From the NCBI GenBank assembly GCA_964535955.1, contig CAZHVK010000005.1, positions 62,001 to 126,000 on the forward strand: 64,000 bases of DNA. Direction: 5' to 3'. The stretch is from an uncultured Methanosarcinales archaeon (GTDB lineage Archaea; Nanobdellota; Nanobdellia; Woesearchaeales; CAXGTL01). Of the stretch, positions 14,301-21,836 are shown piece after piece. The notes below the pieces were generated by a model. The model saw nothing but the letters and a program-made list of their open reading frames with translations, ran no database searches and was not told where the DNA came from. Both the position numbers and the translations under genes were made by a program. Every line of letters starts with the position of its first letter. The stretch's first letter is position 1.

Positions 14301-17300
14301 TTGGTTAGACTTAATAGTTGCTGGAAGTACTCATCAGAATGGAAATGCGAATGATACTGTTTATATTTATATTAATGATCAATCAAATACTTTAGAACAA
14401 GATTTAACATGGTCATCAAACATAACAACTGGAAGCCAGCCATCAATTATAACAGGTGATATTGATCTTGATGGTGATCTTGATTTGGTTATGATGGGTT
14501 CAACTGATGCTGGAGATGATACACCTATATCTCAAAATCCTACATTAGTTTATCTAAATACTGGAACAACATTTGAACAAAGTGATGTATGGTCTGCAAA
14601 TCTGCCTCCAAAAGATAATGGTTGTGTGTTCTTAGTAGATATTAATAATGATCATTATATGGATTTAATACAATCAGGAACATTAGGTAGTGGAGATACA
14701 AACTATGATCCTATGTTCTATATTAATAATGCAACCACTTTTATTCAAAATCAAACTTGGGGCTCAGGAATGTTAGATGTAGATGTAGCTACACACAATA
14801 ACATTGCATTTGGTGATCTTAATAATGATAATTGGATGGATGCTGTTGTATTGGGTGGATGGACATATATAAATAATAAATCAACTCTTGTAAGAGATAC
14901 TAGTTGGGATGATAATATGACTGGTGATATCACATTCTTAGGTGATTATAATCATGATGGTTTTATTGATCTACTAACTGATAGACAAGATTCAAGTGGT
15001 AATACTGTGCCTGCAACGTATCAGGGTTCTGGTTCTGGTTTTAGCAGAGATAATCTTTCTAATAAATTCATGACAATGCTAAATACAGAATCAGCTATAT
15101 TTGGTGACTTTAATAATGATAGTAACTTAGATATATTTGCTGCTGAAGAAAAAAATATAGATGATGGAAATGATTATAATGAATTATTATTATTCTTAAA
15201 TCTTCATAATTCAAGTAATCAAGCACCAGGAGTTGTCTCTAATTTTAGTGCTAATTATGCTGGTGGAATAAATGTATCATGGCACGGTGCAAGTGATCCT
15301 GAAGGAGGAATTGTATATTATAATCTAAAAATTGGAACTACATCTGGTGGTAATGAGGTTATGAGTTCTGCATATGGTTATAGTGCTGATCCTACTCAAG
15401 GTATTTATGGTAATATGCAGGCAATTAATTCAACATTGTTTAATGTAGACCAAACTGCTACATTCTACTTAGGTGTACAAGCAGTTGATACTGGTCTGGA
15501 GAGAGGTAATTGGACTGAAGTAAGTATTACATATGTAGCAGGAGTTGGTGTTGTACAAGTGGGTGGATCTGCTACAGCAGTAGGTGCTGCAGCTGCTGCA
15601 GCAGGAATACTTACAAAATCAGAAGTTGAAATCTTGCTTGAGAATATTGATCCTGCAACTCTTGGTTTAGAAACAATCACAGTAGGGGATGTTACAATCG
15701 ATGTTGTTGCAGAAGAAACAGTAACACAAAAAGAAGAAGCTACTGAAGAAGCAATAGAACAAGTATTAGAACAAGCTGTAGAAGAAGAAGCAATTGAAGA
15801 AATAAAGGAAATTCAAGCAGCTGTACAACAAAAGACATATGGAACAGCAAGTGTATCAAAAAGTATGGAAGTATATAATATCACTGCAAACAAAACAAAG
15901 AAATCAATTGAAGTTACATTAATTAAAACAGAAATCCAACCGCCTAAAAAAGTGACTAAATTCAAACTTATTGAAGCAATTCCTAAATCAATAGCAGAAA
16001 CAATAGATAAAGTGAAATTTATAGGAATACTGCCTATCAAAATACTGCAAGCAGATCCAATTGTTAAGTTTTATTTTGAAAAGATTGAAAAAGATGAGAT
16101 AAAAGAGATCAAATATTTAGTTCATAAAAGAGTTGATAAACTGACTGCTACATCAATTGCTGTTTATGAGAATATTGTAGATATAAGTGACATAACTACA
16201 GAAGGATTATTATTTAATTTGGTTAAAGGTGATGCAAGTAAACTTGTCTTAGATGAAAAAGAATATGAATTAATAATTGAAGAAATTAAAGAAAAAGGAA
16301 TTGTTATTAAGATCAATGAAGCAAATATAACAATTAAAATAGGTGAAATACAAGAAATAGATGTAGATAATGATGGAATAATAGATTTTAAAGTTGAGTT
16401 ATTATCAATCAAAGATGGAAAAGCAGAGATAAGATATATAGGATTTAAAGAAGTAGAAGAGGAAGAAGAAGAAGTAGAGATTATAACAGAAAAACCAGTG
16501 CTTCCATTCAATAAAAAGAGTTTGTATCAAATTATTGGTATGATAAGTGTATTGGTACTTGTTTTCTTAATACTAGGAAGAGTAGAAAGAGAAGAAAAAA
16601 TAAAGAAATTTGGCAAAGTAAAGAAGAAAAAAGGAATCAGAAAAAAGAGAAAAATAAGAAAACTGGAAACAAGAAAGGAAAAAGAGACAATAAGAGGTAA
16701 AAGGAAAAAGGATAAAAAGAAGAAAATAAGTGAGAGAATTGGGGCTGCATGGAACAGCTTTATAATAATTAGATTATTAAAGCAAATTATATCAAAGATT
16801 AGACAAAAAAGAAAGATACAGAAACACATGAAAACAGTAAAGAAATTAGAAACAAAACATAAGAAGATCAGTAAAAAGATTGATAAAATAGAACAAATAC
16901 ATAAAATCAAAAAACCAAAAAAACATATCAAAAGATATCTTAAATATAAAAAGATAATAACAAGCATTCTAATGATTATGTTAATAGTATTATTAGTATT
17001 GTCATTAGCTGCTTTAGCTTATTATTTTGTTGATTATTCTCAAGTGTATTCTGAGGCATTGGATCTTGGAATTAGTTTGAAAGATAAAGCTATTGAGCTT
17101 GCAGTAGAAAGTGAAGAGGTGCTGGCATCATCATATTATGGATACCATATAGTAATAGGTTTGATTGGTTTAGTAATATTAATCTTACTAATAACAATAA
17201 TGAAGTTAATATCGCATGCAACTAGTAGAATATTAAACAAGATCAAAAAGAGAAAAGAAAAGAGGAAAAAAGAAAAGATAGTAGAAAAAATTACAAAGAA

Positions 17301-19293
17301 AAAACAAGAAAAGAGAAGAATGTTAAGAACAATATTATTATTAAGAAGAAAAACAAAAGAAGCAAGAGAAAAAGAAAAACAGAAAAGAAAACTAGAGAAA
17401 GAGAAACAAAAAATAAAGAAAAGAAAAGAAAAACTGAGAAACAAACAAGAAAAAAGAAGAAAAAGACAAGAGAAGATTAATGAGAAAAAACAAAGAAAAC
17501 AAGAAGAAAAGAGAAAAAGAAAAGCACAAAGAAGAAAAGACAAAGAAAAGAGGAAAAGAAAGAAAGAAGAAAGAAAACAAAAGAAAAAGAGTGAGAAAGG
17601 AAGAGAAAAAAGAGAAAAACAAAGGAAAAGACAGTTGAAAAAAGAACATAAAGCAAGAATGAAGAAAGAAAGAGAGAGAAGAGAACAAGAGGAAAGACAA
17701 GGAAAAGAAAAAGAAAAGTCATGGGAACAAAGAAGAAAAGAAAGAGAAAAAAGAAGAAAAGAAGAGAAAATCAGAAAGAAAAGAGAAAAAGAATTAAGAA
17801 GGAAACAAAAACAAAAGAGAAAGTTAGAAGAAAGAATAAGGAAGAAAAAAGAAAGAGAAAAGAGGAGAAGAGAAAAAGGATTAAAAAGCATAATATTAGG
17901 AATAAAAGAAAAAATAAAGAGAGTAAAAGAAGAAGAAAAAATAGAAGAATTAGAAACAAAACAAACAAGAATTAGTAAAAAGATAAATAAAATCAAAAAG
18001 ATTGAAAAAGAAGAGAGAAAATTAAAAAGACATAAAAAATATAAAAGATATCAAAAATTGATAACAAGCATCTTAATGATTATATTAATAGTATTATTAG
18101 TATTATCATTAGTTACAGCAGTTTATTACTTTGTTGATTATTCTAAAGTATATTCTGAGGCATATAACCTAGGAGTTGGATTAAAACAAGGTGCTATTCA
18201 GCTCGCAGTACAGAGTGAAGAATTACTGGCATCATCATATTATGCATACCACATAATAATAGGTTTGGTTGGCTTAGGAATATTGATCATGATATTGAAA
18301 ATAATTAAGACAATATCACAAGTAATGAGCAGAAAATTAAAGAAAATCAAAAAAAGAAAAGAAAAGAAAAAGAAAGAAAAGAAAAAAGAAAAAAGAAGAG
18401 GGAAAATAAGAGAAAAAAGAGGTATGTTTAAGAAATTAGCAATACTAAGAAAAGAAGTAAAAAAGAGGAAGGATAGACAAAGAAAAATCAGAAATGAAGA
18501 GAAAAAGATCAAGGAAAGAAAAAGAAAAAAGAAGTTAAGAAAAAGGAGAAAAGTCTTAAACATATTTGTAGGAATTAAACAAGGAATTAGCAGAACAATA
18601 AGAAGAATAAGATTAAGTATAAGAAGGGGACGAGAAGAAAGAAGAAAAAGAAGACAAGCAAGAAAAGAAAGAAGATTAAGAGAAAAAAGGGAAAAAATAA
18701 GGCAAAGAGAGGAGGAGCAGAGATTAAGACAAGGAAGAAGGAAAAGAAAAGAATATGAGAAGAGAAGAGCAAAAGAGAAAAAGCAAAGGCTCAGACAAGG
18801 AAGAAAGAAGAGAAAAGAATATGAGAAGAGAAGAGCAAAAGAGAAAAAGCAAAGGCTCAGACAAGGAAGAAAGAAGAGAAAAGAATATGAGAAGAGAAGG
18901 AAAAAGAGAGAAAAACAAAAACAAAAAGATAAGATAATAAGAAAAGAACAATCTGTACAAAGAAGACAAGAAAGAGAAGAAAAAAGAGAAATAAGGCAAA
19001 AGATAATTTCAAAGAAAAGAGCAAAAACAATAAGAACTAATAAAAGAAAAGAGTTTTATAAGAAGTATGGAGGCTTGTTCAAAGGTATGCTTATTTTATT
19101 ATTAATAACAGGAATAGTGGTTGTTAGTTATGTTATTGATTATCAAGGATTATGGCAATTTGTTGAAAAAGCATTATATTCAACCAATTATGTGAATCAT
19201 GCAATAATAGGTGTTGGAGGATTAATAATACTAATAATAATATTAAGATTAATCAAAATTGTGATTAATTTAATTATGAGAATGTTTAAATAG
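2086..19293 (+). CDS. Giant multidomain cell-surface/adhesin protein: beta-helix repeats, Ig-like repeats, Gly-rich domain, 3 FG-GAP/VCBS beta-propeller + FN3-like modules, C-terminal multi-TM Lys/Arg-rich tail
   Basis: 5,710-aa ORF whose frame extends back to 2086. Repeated 'GD(I/F/Y)(D/N)NDG..DL' FG-GAP motifs in three blocks (~6640-8080, ~9190-10630, ~14070-15540), each ending 'YYWSVQAID'-like. Also 'NITTDE.ATCQYNDT' repeats, GGGGG runs at ~4140-4680, and hydrophobic helices from ~16525. Confidence 0.92.
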   Translation, partial: PTPNANTIVVNTSAVDSWSFGGTSAVYDSINEGLGNVDSADRVNVTPGSSETQFNTQNTYVSLAIYTPNITLDCGGANISGMNDGVGFYSLKDNFTIKDCGIKRFDNGIYIDSGADGSHIVGNVIMDNHERGIYLPDANTDLHNISHNQFINNTHPSGTEYDLFWDNSGSNNTISYNNFSSENYANIEIEGTSHYNIIDNNRFYVAETYHIFFDDTSTDATYNIISNNYLNGSKYQSLYLEATDYNLIEHNNFTFNGNTANEGSIYTAGTSTYNNITNNSFWKLSTQSTLSIKFSATGDDFNYVWNNNFYNNGSGWYIDDAASGNFYNWSVYGNYWDNFDTAAEGCSNIGRDGVCDASLIVDDGGVAVDYLPRTTAFGWEVAPNITAINPQRNAVLSYDTKWVWVNITTDVSATCQYNDTIDFTYGTDGTNYPTSNNTYHALNKSTPLGQTYTIYTKCQDTNGITNYQSYEHSFTVNNSMNVSVNTGPSTVNASSTAYAYGYLNFTNGTGIPNNPVDVYVDGTRETNDLGDGSDGALTVSTYNQVVNNYSQLLENISSSSTKLALNDSSAFSVGEEVLIIQMQNRSVGNVGQYEFATISSISGNNLTLSSGIVYDYYSGIFNSTTAYATQVVRVPHYTDVTVQNAASTTAKAWDGYIGGILVFRTQDYVNVFGSINVTGKGYRSGAGGSCTGIQPTQGESIRGFGDENEDNRNDGGGGSGSSSALASSGGGGGHGTGGNPGNANSNGFGINYSYFNLTKIMLGSGGGGGGCDTDTQTAGGDGGAGGGIVMIFGNNISTINNGSIVAGGEGGISTIRAAGSGGAGGSIHLGAKTINVGVNNVTTIGGSGGTGAGDASGSSGGKGTIRFDFVTISGTSNPAQEFNGTFNSYATDSSGLYNFTFTTPSSEGTYTVIANSTYEGYYAIASSSFSVSSADSTAPGITIVYPWNQTNLTAGTTWTWVNITTDENATCQYNDTNSGFTYETDGTNLTKMNNTYHYFNYSNYSNGLVNETVYTIYYKCNDSNGNVNSQSVAHQFTVNKTPDLIAPGITLIGPSNNSELAVNAKSTWINITTNESGYCEFNDTNDFTFGEDGTNLSTLDNRAHFYNYTNHSNGLVNNGAYVLYYRCNDSFGNENSVSEVHKFTVGESEEISSCQALTTVNGKYKLTTSLYNDTNCFEFQANGIQLDCQGNTITGNATGTGDTEYYGINITHVDSALVRRCIITNYTSGIYLQNSSFNTLTNLTIVNNSGYGIYFSSSLNNTVNSSSMEYNPSGGVGLQDSHNNTFFNNSFLNPSFGGGDVLDISFESGGSNNNNNNMFYLNVFSNSTGFNNWNTNAGTIILNNSNYGNRWTSQDEPRETCYDADADGICDDSYSFGSGPQGEVSDYLPIRKGVITAGISLALGGGSLGAANYLDSNYNGYIPIQGYDYYQIDIINNQQTSDNITINYTDYNGINTILLNQSSVVNLGAYSIASIIFNMSAANKGDFIMQFNATTNDSDYNYLMNITTRVIESLASSPDWETNLTGVSSPSLTTGDIDNDGDYDLIVIGTVSAPTSAANVYINEGDTFNVSSAWSANITDAGTGSAAMADFNNDGWLDLVIAGEDENGVAVTNIYINNGTNFVQNITWENNITPKLSPSIVVGDIDLDGKIDMMLTGATNNNPDGVQAFVYINNGTSFNENYDWQKNLTGLYGGIAHLADINNDTYLDLFMLGIDENSVSNISIYINNQTTLEYNSNYSLGFRDCSLTSSTYGDFNNDYLIDMAIQCSEGSNYLDIYFNNKSHFVRNDSWSSGLTINQGNLFAGDYNNNGYIDLVSTQLNSGGPGDSNVQFFNNTGRNFTQDTDYEKFISSDISSMQSSSALFVDMNNDSNLDYVVLGDNAGNNAYVYLNKRVSNNTIPNAPTSFNQGYGSGFDINWTGASDSEGGIIYYNVRIGTSSEGNDVVSGKYGIGSDPGQGMFGNMITGNSLSLNISDTNYYWSVQAIDSSLAASAWSAEQNYIVTNSISSCQVISNANQNYELTQDAMQGDSCFTITASNIELDCQGNSIRGNASDVNTYYGINISKGTTNVNITNCTVLNYSTGVYLYDVNVSTFDAVNLTNNTYDGMIFEKSHNNTVKFSTIQFNSNRGIEFDGCHNNEIYNNTIVESEGVNADINFYSNYGTSDNNKFYGNIFDAFNAFTSVANANNIVFNNSYYGNLWKDFDEPVNEYCYDTDNNGICDDIYNVSSKIGGGTNGYETDYLPIRSTSITPGITLVLDASDGLGQNNDSNANGYVGINEVGTYYVYVYNNQQTSDNITINYTDYTGAAYVLNQSSILNIPSYGNAAFALNVSDSSLGQILVGLNVTTNDSEYFSLLNLTTDVVEAFVESSSWGTNLIGLGGAAMLGGDIDNDNDNDLIMMGGINFPTIATVVYINDGSTFNVNTSWSWGMSNLSSASGALADFNNDNNLDLVVMGTTNDSEAATELYTNNGTTLKYNSTWTTDVTRKQTGSIAVGDIDLDGDVDMVLCGADESDGSGTQTNVYINSGSAFSESTSWQGNLTQMYNGDIILGDLNNDTYLDLFMIGTDEDSNQIAEVYISNGTGFNYNVTFSSNLRTYQSGSYQPYATFVDMDNDNDLDLVVQGNVGGTGFDVYFNNVTHLVYNASWTSGLTIQNGPLYPGDYNNDGTVDILSVSTDSATQEIILYNNTGNSLVVDVVYDKLLTNVGSGSGFFMDVDNDNNLDMITSGTTTGTTKSAAVYLNKRSSNNNAPIAPDTVTSDYTTGLDINWTAGTDTEGGSVYYNVKVGTSSGRNDIVSGKYGFGNRPSQGMFGNRMLNKKVILNISNQTYYWSVQAIDSSLKTSSFSTESNTLETTPPIISIVYPVNGSFIDATSTWTLLNISTNEVANCQYNDTSDFTFGEDGTDMITFGTTNKTHYVNLTGLVHGTIYTIYYRCNDTLANKNIASTVHTVKTKSHIGGCSNLTIENEEYVLNGSLTNSEHGKCMNIFGDSIILDCQGNTIDGQDTINSYGVFINTSSATIKNCTITDYYYGIYANNSASSNQITKNNLSSNQMAGIYFEGSPTPFHNNITNNNFELQENNSGYDIYVSGDNYTILSNNFSSTSVQYNINLNQFSYDNTISSNRFTNSGNYSICIGNNTEGTTINDNFILNAYDYGIYLNGSDVTLIRDNNITNAGTSNLDSAILMNNSATFNNITNNSFGLNNEYALVVQMASDNIIWENNFMNNQTAFFIFDNDINYYNLSSSGNYWEAFSSLWCNDADNDGFCDSQYFVEISGSRIDYHVYMNVSGWISYIPIVTEYNATLGTNFTAIENLTAVRNMSLATTQGKIKWTYSEVNVESMNFDTHVEIGEQYIVLNTTQLSVSMNTTADVTIEDVGCSGFKPLTDLIYTEGDVYSSKADVQAYGKSCPPNICSNIVCEATQLNFTVAHFTGYSAGGNANLTVYDDYEGLSVPISTNVSFYANYTNATGDKIPTASCNITFEDNSSSSYQMTEDQMNYNYSKSFSTSETYQFNVSCYAPGYTTLTANDTISVSGSTPISSCQQLGEAGTTYELSQNVNADGDCFNISTDNITLDCAGYEIIGNYTDNDMESFEGIISNFVENITIINCTIHNFTRGINIEQAEKTTITNSNITNNSQYGIYMYITSNITIKTSDFAKNDEYSVYMQEVNYTFIHNNTFDGKPSTTDDDLSADLYIAGLGEGYTNLASYYGWIYANTFNNYSSVPGVCINGHYFEYNYSGVGNRWLDYDEPMDYAWTEGYTSYSSSGTPRDQFINAFGCFDADDDKICDNAYSFFAMGNSDIGDCYDDFTNAGSTNPGFVSIGDYHPLRKLNIVNNFTVILSSERGAAEYSDGTGDDAGIDGYIPSGIESITSSIGNNYTIYLVNNNQSAQNFTTNCYGTAGFDTDGLGQGCELIPHFTGSADDEGIAAYTAREITMQIDSTIALNRITHNFSIESEDNTVIFDKNISSNIIQGFVNDPYWTKTGGNYGGAGEETYYIGGSGTVMAAGDINNDGVTDAVVISGAAPTASTNTAYLIGHVMISDPSTGQFTYTEWASNLTNVSHGSMMLADINNDNWLDLIVAGSTHQNGNANDTVYIYINDQSNTLEQDLTWSSNITTGSQPSIITGDIDLDGDLDLVMMGSTDAGDDTPISQNPTLVYLNTGTTFEQSDVWSANLPPKDNGCVFLVDINNDHYMDLIQSGTLGSGDTNYDPMFYINNATTFIQNQTWGSGMLDVDVATHNNIAFGDLNNDNWMDAVVLGGWTYINNKSTLVRDTSWDDNMTGDITFLGDYNHDGFIDLLTDRQDSSGNTVPATYQGSGSGFSRDNLSNKFMTMLNTESAIFGDFNNDSNLDIFAAEEKNIDDGNDYNELLLFLNLHNSSNQAPGVVSNFSANYAGGINVSWHGASDPEGGIVYYNLKIGTTSGGNEVMSSAYGYSADPTQGIYGNMQAINSTLFNVDQTATFYLGVQAVDTGLERGNWTEVSITYVAGVGVVQVGGSATAVGAAAAAAGILTKSEVEILLENIDPATLGLETITVGDVTIDVVAEETVTQKEEATEEAIEQVLEQAVEEEAIEEIKEIQAAVQQKTYGTASVSKSMEVYNITANKTKKSIEVTLIKTEIQPPKKVTKFKLIEAIPKSIAETIDKVKFIGILPIKILQADPIVKFYFEKIEKDEIKEIKYLVHKRVDKLTATSIAVYENIVDISDITTEGLLFNLVKGDASKLVLDEKEYELIIEEIKEKGIVIKINEANITIKIGEIQEIDVDNDGIIDFKVELLSIKDGKAEIRYIGFKEVEEEEEEVEIITEKPVLPFNKKSLYQIIGMISVLVLVFLILGRVEREEKIKKFGKVKKKKGIRKKRKIRKLETRKEKETIRGKRKKDKKKKISERIGAAWNSFIIIRLLKQIISKIRQKRKIQKHMKTVKKLETKHKKISKKIDKIEQIHKIKKPKKHIKRYLKYKKIITSILMIMLIVLLVLSLAALAYYFVDYSQVYSEALDLGISLKDKAIELAVESEEVLASSYYGYHIVIGLIGLVILILLITIMKLISHATSRILNKIKKRKEKRKKEKIVEKITKKKQEKRRMLRTILLLRRKTKEAREKEKQKRKLEKEKQKIKKRKEKLRNKQEKRRKRQEKINEKKQRKQEEKRKRKAQRRKDKEKRKRKKEERKQKKKSEKGREKREKQRKRQLKKEHKARMKKERERREQEERQGKEKEKSWEQRRKEREKRRKEEKIRKKREKELRRKQKQKRKLEERIRKKKEREKRRREKGLKSIILGIKEKIKRVKEEEKIEELETKQTRISKKINKIKKIEKEERKLKRHKKYKRYQKLITSILMIILIVLLVLSLVTAVYYFVDYSKVYSEAYNLGVGLKQGAIQLAVQSEELLASSYYAYHIIIGLVGLGILIMILKIIKTISQVMSRKLKKIKKRKEKKKKEKKKEKRRGKIREKRGMFKKLAILRKEVKKRKDRQRKIRNEEKKIKERKRKKKLRKRRKVLNIFVGIKQGISRTIRRIRLSIRRGREERRKRRQARKERRLREKREKIRQREEEQRLRQGRRKRKEYEKRRAKEKKQRLRQGRKKRKEYEKRRAKEKKQRLRQGRKKRKEYEKRRKKREKQKQKDKIIRKEQSVQRRQEREEKREIRQKIISKKRAKTIRTNKRKEFYKKYGGLFKGMLILLLITGIVVVSYVIDYQGLWQFVEKALYSTNYVNHAIIGVGGLIILIIILRLIKIVINLIMRMFK
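16951..18321 (+). repeat. Duplicated transmembrane-hairpin module in the giant protein tail (~16951-17220 and ~18052-18321; degenerate third copy ~19070-19290)
   Basis: ITSILMI.LIVLLVLSL....YYFVDYS.VYSEA..LG..LK..AI.LAV.SEE.LASSYY.YHI.IGL.GL.IL occurs twice. Confidence 0.9.
18721..18900 (+). repeat. 66-bp (22-aa) in-frame tandem repeat, about 2.7 copies
   Basis: AGACAAGGAAG at 18727, 18793 and 18859; encodes RLRQGR(R/K)KRKEYEKRRAKEKKQ. Confidence 0.92.
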
Positions 19294-19404
19294 GTGAAAG
19301 AAATATAATAAGTAAAAGCAAGGAAAAAAAAGCAAAGAAAAAAAAGAAAAATCAAAAAGAGAAAATAAAAATAAAAATAAAAAACAATAAAAAAGAGGTG
19401 GATT

Positions 19405-21819
19405 ATGACATTCCAATGGCTTAAATGGTCAAAAATTAAAAAATTTTGGAATATTTTGTGGAAGATAGTATTGTTAGGAATAGGCTTTGTTAGTTTCTTT
19501 GATCTAATGCCTCAAGCTTATGGTATCTATGATGATATCCTAACAGCTTATGTTTTTATGATCTTTTGGCTAGAGTTTGGAATGAATAAGATCATGTTTG
19601 GATCACCTAATAAAAAATTAGATAAGATCACGATTGCAACATTCTATGTATTAATATTAAACACATTTGTAAGATGGTTTCAGATATTAGATATAACAGA
19701 CCCAGTAATAATAAAAACATATGAATTTATTGCTAATTATACGCCTTATTGGTTGTCTAATGCTACTAAAACAACAGTGTTATTTGTTCATAATGAAGCT
19801 AATACTCAATTATTCAGTATGATATCAGCTTATTTTGGATTTACAATTCTTGCTTTAATTATCTTATACATAACATTCAAAGTTAAATTTAATGAAAAGT
19901 CATTAGTATATTGTTTAAGTAGTTTTTTTATGAAAAGAGAAACATGGGATAAATATTTTTTTCTTAAAAATGTAAATAAAATAAAGTATTATGGTATTAG
20001 GTTTTTATTAGTGCTTTTAACTATATTAGGTATTTATCAGTATTTATTCTTATTGATAACACAATGGTTCTTAATAACAATGGGAAAAACATTGTTAATA
20101 TTTGCAATATTATATGCTATTAAAGATATAAATAAATCCAGCATAAAAGCATTTAACACAATGGGGCAGTTTGATGATGTTTTCTTAGGATGGTTTACTG
20201 ATTTTTTGACAGATAAAAGAAAAGTCTATCTTAGTATTGCTTTATTATTAATACTTCATTATTTAAGTGATATATCAACATTTTTCATACCTTTCTTTAT
20301 GGGTGTGGAAGTAAATGAATTCTTTGTTAGTCTGATGGGTATAGAATCTTACAAACCTTTAATGCATTTGATAAGTATTGATTCTGTTTATGGAATTGTA
20401 GAAGCTTGGTGGGTATATATTTTAAGTACAATTGGAATCTTAATTTTGATAATATTGCCAATGGTTATTTTATTCTTAACAATTATGAAAGTTAATCTGA
20501 AAAAAATGCTGGAAAACAGGCCTATGCAGGTTATTTATGATGTTTTATTAGTAGGAATCATTGTATATTTGTTTGCCCCATGGGTTAAACAATTAGTTAT
20601 AAAAAATACAGGTATCCAAGGTGTTAATTTTGTAACACAATTAATATCTACTAATTCTATGTTTACAATACAATACTTGTTTTTCTGGTCATTTATTGTA
20701 ATGGCTTTGTTAACATTATTATTAATATTATTAAGAAAAACAGTATTTGCCAAATATTTATTTATAATAAGTTATTTGATTAGTTTAGCCTATTTAGGAG
20801 AATATATATGGAATTATTTTCAGTCTTCTTTTGTTTATCATTCAAATATAATTATGAATTCAGGGCAGATATTCTTATCAATCATATTCTCAATGTTATT
20901 AATAGTTGAATTCTTATTTTATATAGGAGGATTTGTATTATTAAGTTATAAATTCTCAAGATACATTGTGAGTCATATAATAAATGAACTAATCACAGGT
21001 GTAAATATTGTTATTTGGACATTTATATTTTTATTAACCCCTGTGATTCTTATGTATAATCTAAATATATATACATTGACTTTAGCATTTATTGCAATCC
21101 TTGTGTTGTTTATATTTTCCTATGCTTTATCAAAGGAATTAAAAGGTGAAGAATATCGTGATGATTATTTATTAGGAGTTAGTATTATAATAATGACATA
21201 TCAAATTACATTGATGATAATATCAATACTAACTAAGATGTATAATCTTGATGAAGGTTTAATTAATTTTATTCAACCTGTAATTGTATTCTTCTTATCA
21301 GTCCTTGTTCTTTTATTCTTTAAAACTAGGGTAGACTTAAAAGAAACAAATCCTAAGAAAATAACCCTTGCATTAATTGTGGGAATCTTTTTTGGAATTA
21401 TATTTTATTTTGTAAATGAACCTATATCAACACTACCAAATCAGGCATTTACAGTAATATTAGTTTTTACATTGTTTGTTTCATTATCTGAAGAAATATT
21501 GTTCAGAGGAGTCTTATTAAGATTGGCGCAAAAAGCGTTTTCATATACTAAGGCTATATTTTTGCAGGCATTTGTTTTTGCAGGAGTACATTTTATGAGT
21601 TTCAAATACATTCTGCAACATTATTCAGAAAATAAATCTATATTCCTTAGTTCTGTTCCATTATTAATGAATCTTTATTTTGTTTTATTAGTTGTATTTG
21701 GAATAGTGGCTGGTTATTTAGCAGAAGGAACACAAGAAAGAAAAAGCAGAATTATTTATCCAATTGTAATGCATTGGGTAGCAAACTTAATTGTGTTTTT
21801 TGTTTTATTTTATACATAA
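19405..21819 (+). CDS. Large polytopic membrane protein with C-terminal CPBP (CAAX/Abi) intramembrane glutamic protease domain
   Basis: Motifs 'SEEILFRG', 'FAGVH' and 'MHWVAN' in the last ~120 aa; many TM helices N-terminal to it; GAGGTG RBS just upstream. Confidence 0.85.
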   Translation: MTFQWLKWSKIKKFWNILWKIVLLGIGFVSFFDLMPQAYGIYDDILTAYVFMIFWLEFGMNKIMFGSPNKKLDKITIATFYVLILNTFVRWFQILDITDPVIIKTYEFIANYTPYWLSNATKTTVLFVHNEANTQLFSMISAYFGFTILALIILYITFKVKFNEKSLVYCLSSFFMKRETWDKYFFLKNVNKIKYYGIRFLLVLLTILGIYQYLFLLITQWFLITMGKTLLIFAILYAIKDINKSSIKAFNTMGQFDDVFLGWFTDFLTDKRKVYLSIALLLILHYLSDISTFFIPFFMGVEVNEFFVSLMGIESYKPLMHLISIDSVYGIVEAWWVYILSTIGILILIILPMVILFLTIMKVNLKKMLENRPMQVIYDVLLVGIIVYLFAPWVKQLVIKNTGIQGVNFVTQLISTNSMFTIQYLFFWSFIVMALLTLLLILLRKTVFAKYLFIISYLISLAYLGEYIWNYFQSSFVYHSNIIMNSGQIFLSIIFSMLLIVEFLFYIGGFVLLSYKFSRYIVSHIINELITGVNIVIWTFIFLLTPVILMYNLNIYTLTLAFIAILVLFIFSYALSKELKGEEYRDDYLLGVSIIIMTYQITLMIISILTKMYNLDEGLINFIQPVIVFFLSVLVLLFFKTRVDLKETNPKKITLALIVGIFFGIIFYFVNEPISTLPNQAFTVILVFTLFVSLSEEILFRGVLLRLAQKAFSYTKAIFLQAFVFAGVHFMSFKYILQHYSENKSIFLSSVPLLMNLYFVLLVVFGIVAGYLAEGTQERKSRIIYPIVMHWVANLIVFFVLFYT

Positions 21820-21836
21820 AATTATGGATCCAACAC

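Noticed and set aside
18793..18890. GRKKRK resembling HIV Tat / nuclear localisation peptides
   Set aside because: Expected by chance in a K/R-rich tract.
16527..18999. Long Phe/Leu/Ser-rich minus-strand ORFs and short alternative-frame K/R ORFs
   Set aside because: Shadow ORFs: the A/G-only coding strand lacks stop codons in other frames.
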